Shown here in pieces: positions 56,647-64,000 of a DNA stretch of 64,000 nucleotides (positions are counted from its first letter, which is position 1; each line of letters starts with the position of its first letter). Position numbers and translations under genes: made by a program. The stretch is taken from contig DAPKRQ010000152.1 in assembly GCA_031800475.1 (NCBI GenBank), positions 8,113 through 72,112 on the forward strand, in the 5' to 3' direction. This stretch comes from Myxococcales bacterium LLY-WYZ-16_1. GTDB lineage: Bacteria; Myxococcota; Kuafuiibacteriia; Kuafuiibacteriales; Kuafuiibacteriaceae. The notes under the pieces are model-generated. The model was not told where the DNA came from and searched no databases. It was given only the letters and a program-made list of their open reading frames with translations.

Positions 56647-57612
56647 CTACACCGAGAACCCCTCGGCTTCCATCAGCTTGGCCAATGCGTCTTCGAGGCG
56701 GGCCCGGGCCTGGGCCGCCGTGTGCCGGAGCATGGCGTGGATCGCCGCATCCTTTTCGTTCCGGTTTTCGCACTCGGCCGAGTAGGCTTCGAAAGCGGTG
56801 ATCTGGGTGACCAGGGAGGCCATGTGCTGGGGGCACTCGCACTGCACCGCCGGGGACATGCGGGCGATCTTCGCCAGGGCCGCCGGCGAGAACCGGCGGG
56901 GCGGAATCCCGTCGACGCTGTCCGGCGCCAGGTCCTCGGTGCGGAGTTCCAGCGCACTGGCCGCCCGATCCGCATCCAACAGCACCCGCCGAAGCTCGTA
57001 GGCGTTCAGCGGCCCCCGGATGGCGGTGACCCGGCCGCTGCCCAGCTGCTCCACGTGCTCCCGGGTGGCGAAGCCGTACACGACCACCAATCGGAGGGCG
57101 CGGCACCGGTGCAGCAGCAGCTGGGCCGCTCGAGGGGTTTGGGCGTCCACGGTCGGACAATCCCAGACCACGATGCGAGGGTTTTCGGCGGCAGGACCGG
57201 GGGCGGCCTCTTCCGGGGTTTGCATGGTGGCCAACACCCGAATGCCCTCCAGGTCTGCCGGGTGCTCGGCCACGATGGCCGACAGGGACTCACCCACGAT
57301 CCAGACCGGGACGCCGTCCCCCGCCGGGGCCTGGGCATGCTGCACCGGCTCGTGCGCATCCAGACGCGTCCGAAGCTCATCCATGGACAGATGGGCCACC
57401 GTGGAAATGGCGTGGCCGCGGTCGACGAGCTTTTTGATCAGGGTGAGTCGCTCCACGTCGTTTTGGCCGTACAACCGGCCGTGGCCGCCCGTCCTTCGGG
57501 GTTCCACCACGTGGTACCGGCGTTCCCAAACCCGGAGGGTTTCGGGCGGGATCTGGGTCAGCCGAGAGACCGCCCCGATCCGATAGGTCGGCTGCTGTTC
57601 GTCCGATTCCAT
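56647..57612 (-). CDS. MerR family transcriptional regulator with atypical Cys-rich C-terminal domain
   Basis: MerR HTH (YRIGAVSRLTQIPPETLRVWERRY), a central Rossmann-like segment and a C-terminal VQCECPQH ... AECEN motif. Start at MESDEQQPTY (ATG 57612). Confidence 0.8.
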   Translation of the reverse strand: MESDEQQPTYRIGAVSRLTQIPPETLRVWERRYHVVEPRRTGGHGRLYGQNDVERLTLIKKLVDRGHAISTVAHLSMDELRTRLDAHEPVQHAQAPAGDGVPVWIVGESLSAIVAEHPADLEGIRVLATMQTPEEAAPGPAAENPRIVVWDCPTVDAQTPRAAQLLLHRCRALRLVVVYGFATREHVEQLGSGRVTAIRGPLNAYELRRVLLDADRAASALELRTEDLAPDSVDGIPPRRFSPAALAKIARMSPAVQCECPQHMASLVTQITAFEAYSAECENRNEKDAAIHAMLRHTAAQARARLEDALAKLMEAEGFSV

Positions 57613-57728
57613 GCAGTTCCTACGGGGAATTCCTGCCGTAGGCGCCTGCGGGACGCAAGCAAACACCGCAGAACGGTCGAGGCTTTGTCCAGGAACCGTC
57701 CAATCACAAAACACGGAGAAGCTGCGAC

Positions 57729-59045
57729 ATGGAGCTCAGCAAAGACCTGAAGTATTCGCTGCCCGCCGACGTCAATCCGAACCGCGTCTCCCAGCACGTC
57801 AAACTCCGGGGAGGCCTGGAGTCGCCGATGGGGGAGTCTCATCTGGTCTTGGCCGACGGACAGCTGGTTCTTCTGACCCGAAACCGGCCGACCCACGAGT
57901 ACACGGTCTACCGCGCCACGGCATCCGAGCATCCCTTCCTGAGAGACGCGGACGATGTGCTGATCGTGCCTCAGCCGGAGGGTTCCCTGAAGCTTCCGAT
58001 CCCCAGCGCGGAGGTGGGGCCGGTCGCGTTCCTGCTGCAACGGCTGCAAGCGGAAGCCACCTTCCCCCCGGCCGCCGAAGAAGAGCCGGAGCATGTTCCC
58101 AGCCCCCGAAAGCTGCCACCGCTGGAACCTGACCAGCCCCTGGATTCGGCCATCACCCACCCCGAAGAGCTGCGCGTGCAGTTGACCTTGGCCATCCAGC
58201 GCCGGCAATGGCTGCGAGCTTCGGGGATCTGCGAGCGGCTGGCCGAGACCAGCCTGCTGTACGCCCCGGAGGCCCAGGACGCCAAAGCGATCATCGTCGC
58301 CCTGAAGGAAGGCGACTTGCTCGAGGCGTTCTTGCGGGCCGACTTCTCGGACACCGCGTTGTTCGACGCCAAGGATGCTCTGTTGGTGGCCGTCTCGGAC
58401 GCGTTCGCGGCGCGAGAACAGGCGGTGTGGGCAGTCGCGAGCCGACTGGCGTCGGTCGAAGGGCAGGACGAGACGATCCTCGCCGGCCTGTTCCGTGCTC
58501 TCGGTAAGGACTTCTCTCGAGAAGAGCACGTGGACGAGGTCATGGATCAATTCGAACGAGAGCGCTCCACCGAGATCGGCAAGCGGATCATGGAGCACCG
58601 CACCAAACCGATGTGGCGAGAGCTCAGGGCACGGGTGGCTTGTCGTCGCGGCGGGCACGCGATGGCCCTGCGCGAGCTGCGTCTTCTCGCCGAGCGTTTC
58701 CCGGGCGTGGTGACCATCGACACCGCGTTCCTACGTTCGCTGCACGAGGCTCCCCACCCCGACCGCTGCCAGCAGCTGCTGATCCGTTGCGCCGACGAAT
58801 ACGAAGACCCGGAGGATACGGTGCGGATTCTGCGCTGTTGCGAGAGCGCGGGGATCCCGATGTATGCGGTGGCGTCCGCGGCGCGGCGCCTGCAGGTGGC
58901 CCACAGAGGCGACACCCTGCTGATGAACTGGATCGCCGAACTTCCGCTGCGAAAGCCCAAGAACTGGGCCGGCGTTGCAGCGGTGGCGGGCGCCTTGGCC
59001 ACGGTGGCTTGCGCAGCGGCTGCCTACGCCGTGTGGGGGCCCTGA
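57729..59045 (+). CDS. Hypothetical protein with C-terminal transmembrane anchor
   Basis: 438 aa, high GC3, C-terminal TM (WAGVAAVAGALATVACAAAAYAVW). Divergent from the MerR gene. Its 3' end overlaps the convergent ABC ATPase gene by 22 nt. Confidence 0.55.
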   Translation: MELSKDLKYSLPADVNPNRVSQHVKLRGGLESPMGESHLVLADGQLVLLTRNRPTHEYTVYRATASEHPFLRDADDVLIVPQPEGSLKLPIPSAEVGPVAFLLQRLQAEATFPPAAEEEPEHVPSPRKLPPLEPDQPLDSAITHPEELRVQLTLAIQRRQWLRASGICERLAETSLLYAPEAQDAKAIIVALKEGDLLEAFLRADFSDTALFDAKDALLVAVSDAFAAREQAVWAVASRLASVEGQDETILAGLFRALGKDFSREEHVDEVMDQFERERSTEIGKRIMEHRTKPMWRELRARVACRRGGHAMALRELRLLAERFPGVVTIDTAFLRSLHEAPHPDRCQQLLIRCADEYEDPEDTVRILRCCESAGIPMYAVASAARRLQVAHRGDTLLMNWIAELPLRKPKNWAGVAAVAGALATVACAAAAYAVWGP

Positions 59046-59788
59046 GCACAGAGCCCCAGGAAGCGACGCAGGCCTTCGGTCCGGGGCGCTTTCAGCAATC
59101 GCGCCTCGCCCGTCTCCTCGAGGCGCCCGCCACAAAGATACGCGACCCGATGCGCCACGCGCCGAGCCAGATCCACGTCGTGGGTCACCAGCAAAGCTCC
59201 CACCCCCCGAGCGACCCGTTCTTCGAATCGTTCCACCCAATGTTCTGCCGTGGCGGCGTCCAGACCCGTGGTGGGCTCGTCCAACAGGACCCAGCGGGCA
59301 TCGAGTACGAAGGCGGCGGCCAAGGCGGCCCGCCGAAGCTCTCCCCCGGAAAGCCGGCTGGGTATCTGTCGGGCTCTAGACATGGGAAAGTCCCAGGCCT
59401 CGAGCGTTTGTCGAGCCCACCGGCGACAGCAAGCCCACGGCTCTCGCCGGTGGGCCCGCACCACCTCCGCCACCTGGGTTTCGATCCGGAGCATGGGATG
59501 AAACGCCCTGAGCGGCTCTTGCGGCACCCAAGACAGCTCGGCACCTCGGCGAGCCCGCTGAGCTTTTGAATCGAGTTGGAAGAAGTCGATTCCCGCCCAC
59601 TCGAACGTTCCCCCCACCCGCTGCAGGCCAGCCGGAAGCAGATCCAAACACGCGCGAAGGAGCGTGCTCTTGCCTGCCCCGGAGGGTCCGAGCAGCACCG
59701 TGACCGTGCTGGGCTCGAGGTCGAGGGAGACGCCGTCCAGCACCGGCATCGTGGAGCGCACTGCCAGATCCCGGATCCGCGCCGTCAT
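59024..59788 (-). CDS. ABC transporter ATP-binding protein
   Basis: Walker A GPSGAGKST, Q-loop, ABC signature LSGGELRR, Walker B LLDEPTTGLD, H-loop LLVTHD. No permease gene adjacent in the window. Confidence 0.9.
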   Translation of the reverse strand: MTARIRDLAVRSTMPVLDGVSLDLEPSTVTVLLGPSGAGKSTLLRACLDLLPAGLQRVGGTFEWAGIDFFQLDSKAQRARRGAELSWVPQEPLRAFHPMLRIETQVAEVVRAHRREPWACCRRWARQTLEAWDFPMSRARQIPSRLSGGELRRAALAAAFVLDARWVLLDEPTTGLDAATAEHWVERFEERVARGVGALLVTHDVDLARRVAHRVAYLCGGRLEETGEARLLKAPRTEGLRRFLGLCAQGPHTA

Positions 59789-59936
59789 CGTCTGCTACTG
59801 CCGGTGGCAATGGCGCAGCGCACCGCTGAAGCCGCGCCATCGTCGTTCGAGCGAAAGGAACGGCCCAGCGGTGATTCCGTCTTTGGCCCGCCCACCGAGT
59901 TCTTTGATCCATCGGCTGGGATGCCCCGGTCGCGCT

Positions 59937-60797
59937 TCACCGTACCGAACGGGCGACTCGCCGCCAGCGTAAAAATGCGAGGAGCGCCAAAAATCCAACC
60001 AGGCCCGTAAAGCTCGGCTCCGAGCGGGGCACGCGCGCCCCCCGGCAACCGCCCTCGAGCCCGTCGTCTCGAGAGAGCACTCGAAAGCCGATGCTGTCCG
60101 GCGCATGGCAGGACCGGGTAGGCTCGCCCACTGGATAGATCGTACACAACCCGAGCAGGTCACCTTGGGACAGACTGCGCTTAGACGTCTCGCAGGGGGA
60201 AGACGTTCCGAACATGGTCGTGGTGGCGTTGGAGGGTGTGGAAGGGGGATGATCGAGACCGACGAAGTGACCCACCTCGTGGGTGAGCACGTTTTCAAGG
60301 TCCATCTCGCCGGTCTCCGCGTCGCACGCCACGTCGGCGATTACGAAGCGATGGTCGTCGCCATTGAGCTCGATGTCCGCGTCCAGCAACCGTCCCGAAC
60401 GGGTATCGAAGCTCGTCGTGGTCAAGGCGATCGCTTCCGGGTCGTGCGGCCAGCTTTCCGCATGACCGATACCGTTGGCGTTCAGTCCTCCCGCTCGAAA
60501 TCCGGGTTCGAACTCCGGGTCGACCCCTTCGAATGAAAAGCGAATGTCGGAGCAGGCGGCTCCCTGCCAAGCTCCAAAGCTTCGTTCGGCCAGTTCGATG
60601 AACTCGGTAACCGACAGACCGACCGCTTCGGCCGTACCAAACGCAATGCCGTAGGAGACTTCGCGTTCTGACCACTGAAGCGAAGGGCCTCCGGAGCCGG
60701 CCCGGCTGCAACGAAAAGATTCGGCATGGACGGCCGATTCGCCGAGGACCATCATCGCTGCGAAGGCGACGCCCACGATGCCGAGTCGGTGTACCAT
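59937..60797 (-). CDS. Matrixin-like zinc metalloprotease (M10 family) with MYXO-CTERM-type C-terminal sorting signal
   Basis: Signal peptide. Zincin motif HEVGHFVGLDH with a downstream Met-turn (TTMFG). C-terminal GCRG plus hydrophobic segment plus RWRRVARSVR resembles the myxobacterial MYXO-CTERM tail. Confidence 0.8.
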   Translation of the reverse strand: MVHRLGIVGVAFAAMMVLGESAVHAESFRCSRAGSGGPSLQWSEREVSYGIAFGTAEAVGLSVTEFIELAERSFGAWQGAACSDIRFSFEGVDPEFEPGFRAGGLNANGIGHAESWPHDPEAIALTTTSFDTRSGRLLDADIELNGDDHRFVIADVACDAETGEMDLENVLTHEVGHFVGLDHPPSTPSNATTTMFGTSSPCETSKRSLSQGDLLGLCTIYPVGEPTRSCHAPDSIGFRVLSRDDGLEGGCRGARVPRSEPSFTGLVGFLALLAFLRWRRVARSVR

Positions 60798-60808
60798 TCG
60801 GCCCTCGT

Positions 60809-61486
60809 TCAGGGACCGTCGGACGTCCGGTTCGGCGCGGTGGTCGGGTCGGCGTCGCGGAAATCGGGTCGAGACGGCGACGTGGGCCGTCCTTGGTCGA
60901 CGGAAAGAGCCGCCTGTACCTGCCGACGGAACGCTTCCAGACTCATGCGCTGTAAAGGCGAGTGGTGGTCGAGGGCGGTACCCTGCGCCGGCTTTCGCCG
61001 GGCATACGCCAGTCCCGAGGCCCCGGGCACGACCTGCGGAGCTGGGCCATCCGAGCGATCCACGGTGAACTTGCCTTGGCTCATTCCCACCACGTGAAAG
61101 GTGCCTTGCATCCGTTCGCTGGCTCGAACGAAGAGCATCACCTCTTCGCCCGGAGCGAAACGTGCGGTCCCCGAGACCCGCATGCCGATCTCGCCGACTT
61201 CACCACCCAAGGTCCGAACGACCAGCGCATCCCGCTGTCGCACCGCCGCGCGACGGTGCAGGGTCTCCAAGACCTCGATTTCGGTGAACGTGTAGATCCG
61301 CCGGTGTTCCCGATCCCAGTCGGCGTACTGGTTTCGGACGGTGCCTCGAACGATCCAATCGGCCTTTCGGGCCATGGTGGGCACGTCCTGCGGAACCACC
61401 ACCGTGGCCCGGGCGACCGCGGTCGAGAGCGCGAAGGCCGCAAAGACGGCCCAAAGACCAGCACGATTGCCTGGAGAGCTGCGCAT
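60809..61486 (-). CDS. Secreted hypothetical protein
   Basis: Signal peptide MRSSPGNRAGLWAVFAAFALSTAVARA. It is immediately upstream of, and co-oriented with, the matrixin gene. The track start at 61567 is an alternative. Confidence 0.5.
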   Translation of the reverse strand: MRSSPGNRAGLWAVFAAFALSTAVARATVVVPQDVPTMARKADWIVRGTVRNQYADWDREHRRIYTFTEIEVLETLHRRAAVRQRDALVVRTLGGEVGEIGMRVSGTARFAPGEEVMLFVRASERMQGTFHVVGMSQGKFTVDRSDGPAPQVVPGASGLAYARRKPAQGTALDHHSPLQRMSLEAFRRQVQAALSVDQGRPTSPSRPDFRDADPTTAPNRTSDGP

Positions 61487-61604
61487 GCCCGAATGGTAAG
61501 CGTCTCGGTACGCCGATGCCAGTCGGCCGAGCGGCCTGCCCCGCCAGCGGGCGAGGGGCCCTCCCATCTGGGGCCCTCGTTCGGCCTCGGGGGCGCAGCA
61601 AGCA

Positions 61605-62006
61605 TTGACAGACGCATCTTCGGCCTTTTATAGGCGGCGGTCCGTGGCGGGGTGGCGAAGGCGGGTCGCGCTGGGCAGCCTCCTGGGTGCCCTGGCGCTC
61701 CAGCCCGGCTCCGCGCGGGGAGCCCGGGTGATGGGCGCAGCCCTTCCCGACCAAGTGGAGCGGGTCGGGCCCGGGCGTTTTCGCTCCTTGAAAAGTTGGG
61801 ATCGGACGCTGCGGTGGTTCCGTCGGGTTTACGGCGACTCCGAGGGCTTGGTGTGGCGGCGCGTCGACGGCAAACCGGCCGTCGAAGCTTTCTACCTGCA
61901 GAACTTGCGTCGGGGTCGGACCTGGGACGGCATTCACGTGTACCGGGTGGCCCGAGGCCCGCACGAGGGTATTCACATCTTCGTGTTGCCTCGGGCCGAC
62001 CGGTAG
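61605..62006 (+). CDS. Hypothetical small protein
   Basis: Moderate to high GC3, signal-like N-terminal segment (VALGSLLGALALQPGSARGA). No motif recognised. Confidence 0.4.
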   Translation: MTDASSAFYRRRSVAGWRRRVALGSLLGALALQPGSARGARVMGAALPDQVERVGPGRFRSLKSWDRTLRWFRRVYGDSEGLVWRRVDGKPAVEAFYLQNLRRGRTWDGIHVYRVARGPHEGIHIFVLPRADR

Positions 62007-62093
62007 GGGAGCTCGTTGCCGAAGCCATCCCCAGTTCGGGTCGATCGCGGATTGACCCGAACGACGGATCGCCGCACAACCAGGAGTGGAAGC

Positions 62094-62165
62094 TGGGGTA
62101 TCGTCTAATTGGCAGGACAGCGGGTTCTGGTCCCGTAAGTCAAGGTTCGAGTCCTTGTACCCCAA
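62094..62165 (+). tRNA. tRNA-Gln (anticodon CUG)
   Basis: Cloverleaf: acceptor TGGGGTA/TACCCCA, D-arm GTC...GAC, anticodon stem GCGGG/CCCGT with loop TTCTGGT (U33, CUG), T-arm AAGG TTCGAGT CCTT. Close match to the E. coli tRNA-Gln2 layout. Confidence 0.85.
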
Positions 62166-62171
62166 GTCCGC

Positions 62172-62243
62172 GGCCCCATCGTCTAGCGGTTAGGACGGCG
62201 GCCTCTCACGCCGCAGACCGGAGTTCGAGTCTCCGTGGGGTCG
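62172..62243 (+). tRNA. tRNA-Glu (anticodon CUC)
   Basis: Acceptor GGCCCCA/TGGGGTC (one G-U pair), D-arm GTCTAGCGGTTAGGAC, anticodon stem GCGGC/GCCGC with loop CTCTCAC (U33, CUC, A37), T-arm CGGAG TTCGAGT CTCCG. It lies 6 nt after tRNA-Gln. Confidence 0.85.
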
Positions 62244-62379
62244 CACCGGGTGCCGGCATGGTGCACATGCCGGCACCCGGGCCCTTTCATCCGGCACCCT
62301 CGGGGTCCCATCTGCCTCCGCTCGACTCGAGTCGCGTCCTTTCGGTGCACACCGGCCGGTGGGCCGTTAGGCTCGTCGG

Positions 62380-63018
62380 GTGCTCGGCGTCCTGTGGGCC
62401 CTCCTCATCCTCGGCGGCACGGCCGCGCTGGTGCGATACGTGGTCCAAAACCACCTGGTGTCGAGTTGGCACTGGTGGAGACACGGTCGCCTTCCGCCCC
62501 GGGTACTGCGGCGTCTGCACAGCCAAGCCCGCCGCTCCGTCCGACTGCGTCAGCTGCTCGACGATCGGAACGCGATCTTGGACCAACTGGGCCGCCGGGA
62601 ACGGGCCCGATGGACCCGGACGATCGACGGTGCCGTCCGGTCGGCCTTCGAGCTGGAAGATCGGCTGACCCAGGTCAAAGCGGCACTGGGCGGCGTGGAC
62701 CTGTCCGGGCAGGAGGCGGCGGTGGCGCGCTGCGCCCCCGAGCACCGGGACGAAGCAGAGCGGCGCTACGCCGCCTACCGGACCCAAGTGCAGCGGATGC
62801 AGGCCCTGGCCGAGCGCTGGGAATGGCAGCTTCAGTCGGTGTCTTTGGAGCTTCGCTCGATCCGGCTGGCGAGCGTGGTGAAGGACGGCGAAAACTGGCC
62901 CCCGAAGGCCCTGGTCGATCTGGAGGAGCTCACCTTGGAGGTCGGTGCGCGGGCCGAGCTCGAGCTTCCGTCGGCACCCGAAGCGCCCCGGGTCTCCGCC
63001 GCAAAGCCGTCATCGTGA
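62380..63018 (+). CDS. Hypothetical protein with N-terminal TM helix
   Basis: GTG start. N-terminal TM (LGVLWALLILGGTAALV), then a charged helical region. High GC3. Confidence 0.55.
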   Translation: MLGVLWALLILGGTAALVRYVVQNHLVSSWHWWRHGRLPPRVLRRLHSQARRSVRLRQLLDDRNAILDQLGRRERARWTRTIDGAVRSAFELEDRLTQVKAALGGVDLSGQEAAVARCAPEHRDEAERRYAAYRTQVQRMQALAERWEWQLQSVSLELRSIRLASVVKDGENWPPKALVDLEELTLEVGARAELELPSAPEAPRVSAAKPSS

Positions 63019-63993
63019 CGAAGTGCGCCCGTCCGCCGGGGCCGCCTTCGCGGTCACGGAATCGGCCGGCGGGCACAGTCTCGGCGGCAGCTCGCAGTCG
63101 GCCTCGAACCGAATCCGATCTCCGTGAAAGGTGCAGCGCAAGGCTCCCAATGGGTCCACGCGTTTTCCGTGATACCGAAGCTCCAGGTGCAGGTGCGGCC
63201 CGAAGCTGTAGCCCGTGTTGCCCACGTACCCCAACACGTCGCGGGGTTCGACCCATTGCCCGCGTTCGGCCTTCCGCTTCACCATGTGGGCGTACAGCGT
63301 CGTCCATCCATTCAAGTGATCGACCTCCACGAAGTTGCCGAAGCCGCGGTGGTAGCCTGCACGCCGCACCCGCCCGCGGGCCATGGCCCGAATGAACGTG
63401 TGGGGTCGGCCCCGCAGGTCCACGCCTCCGTGCAGCCGAGTGCGCCCTTCGAGCCGTCGCATACCGAAACAGCTGGTCACGTGGGGCGCGCCGTTTCCCA
63501 GGGGCGCCTCCCACTTCGGCTTCGACGCCCAGTCCGCCTCCGGCGTCCGTTCGGGCATCTCGGCTTCGGTGGCCTGGGGTGCATCGTCCAGCTCCGGCAG
63601 GTCGTCTTGCGGCAGTACCAGGGCGGCGACCCCGAGGGCGAGCACCGCCCCCACCAGCGCCAGCCAGGGACCGGGCGGGAGCCGCCGCCGTTTGGACGGC
63701 GCCTCGCCAGCGGGTGATTGCGGAGCACCATCGGCAACCGTAGAGGATTCCTTCGAAAGGACCCGTTGCGCGGGCCGGCCCAATGCGATCTGGCCCGGTC
63801 GTCCCCGGGGTGCCGACCCCGCCGCGGGGCCGGGACGAGGGGGCTTCGCTCGGCCCTCCGCCGGCGGCTGCGAAGAGGCGGGTGCAGCGTCGGCGAAGCC
63901 GTGCGTCCCCGGCCGGGTCGGGCCACCCCGCTGGGCCGGCCGTCCCAGGCGGCGGCCCCCAGGCCGGCCGCGGCTGCCGGTCGAATCGGCCAT
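63010..63993 (-). CDS. M23 family metallopeptidase (LytM domain), membrane-anchored
   Basis: HGGVDL and GNTGYSFGPHLHLE M23 zinc-ligand motifs. Pro/Arg-rich N-terminal region and TM helix (WLALVGAVLALGVAALV). Cys-containing C-terminal tail. Confidence 0.85.
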   Translation of the reverse strand: MADSTGSRGRPGGRRLGRPAQRGGPTRPGTHGFADAAPASSQPPAEGRAKPPRPGPAAGSAPRGRPGQIALGRPAQRVLSKESSTVADGAPQSPAGEAPSKRRRLPPGPWLALVGAVLALGVAALVLPQDDLPELDDAPQATEAEMPERTPEADWASKPKWEAPLGNGAPHVTSCFGMRRLEGRTRLHGGVDLRGRPHTFIRAMARGRVRRAGYHRGFGNFVEVDHLNGWTTLYAHMVKRKAERGQWVEPRDVLGYVGNTGYSFGPHLHLELRYHGKRVDPLGALRCTFHGDRIRFEADCELPPRLCPPADSVTAKAAPADGRTSSR

Positions 63994-64000
63994 CGGTCTC

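Noticed and set aside
1-64000. Mobile elements (IS, transposase, integrase, phage genes) and toxin-antitoxin pairs
   Set aside because: No translation in any frame showed DDE transposase, tyrosine or serine recombinase, or typical toxin-antitoxin signatures. Compositional anomalies are limited to 49.6-55.7 kb.

Overview
This is a high-GC (roughly 68-70%) bacterial chromosomal segment. It is densely coded on both strands, with very high third-codon-position GC and long antisense shadow ORFs throughout. The gene content is mostly housekeeping: valS, hisS, argS, greA, ruvX, icd, glgC, nrdA, nrdB, tsaC/Sua5, apbC, a thiolase, a HIT protein, an M17 aminopeptidase, and a tRNA-Gln/tRNA-Glu pair. It also carries a czcCBA-type RND efflux operon, several proteases (S9, M10, M23, CocE/NonD), glycosyltransferases (GT2-GtrA fusion, GT28) and many secreted proteins or lipoproteins. 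A matrixin with a MYXO-CTERM-like tail and two FHA-domain regulators (one a full sigma-54 enhancer-binding protein) point to Myxococcota; this is inference. The observations I would look at first are listed below.
- A compact putative sigma-54 regulon: the FHA-sigma54 activator gene is flanked by two near-identical -24/-12 promoter elements and recurring TGACAC/GTGTCA palindromes, each driving a lipoprotein or secreted-protein gene.
- A lower-GC two-gene cassette (CocE/NonD hydrolase plus ATP-grasp ligase) bounded by a 3 x 36-bp tandem repeat.
- A 101-bp tandem duplication that creates stop codons at the 3' end of a hypothetical gene.
- A terminator-like hairpin between nrdA and nrdB, plus an nrdA promoter with an embedded palindrome.
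- An atypical MerR-family regulator with a Cys-rich C-terminus.
No CRISPR array, transposase or integrase was recognised.
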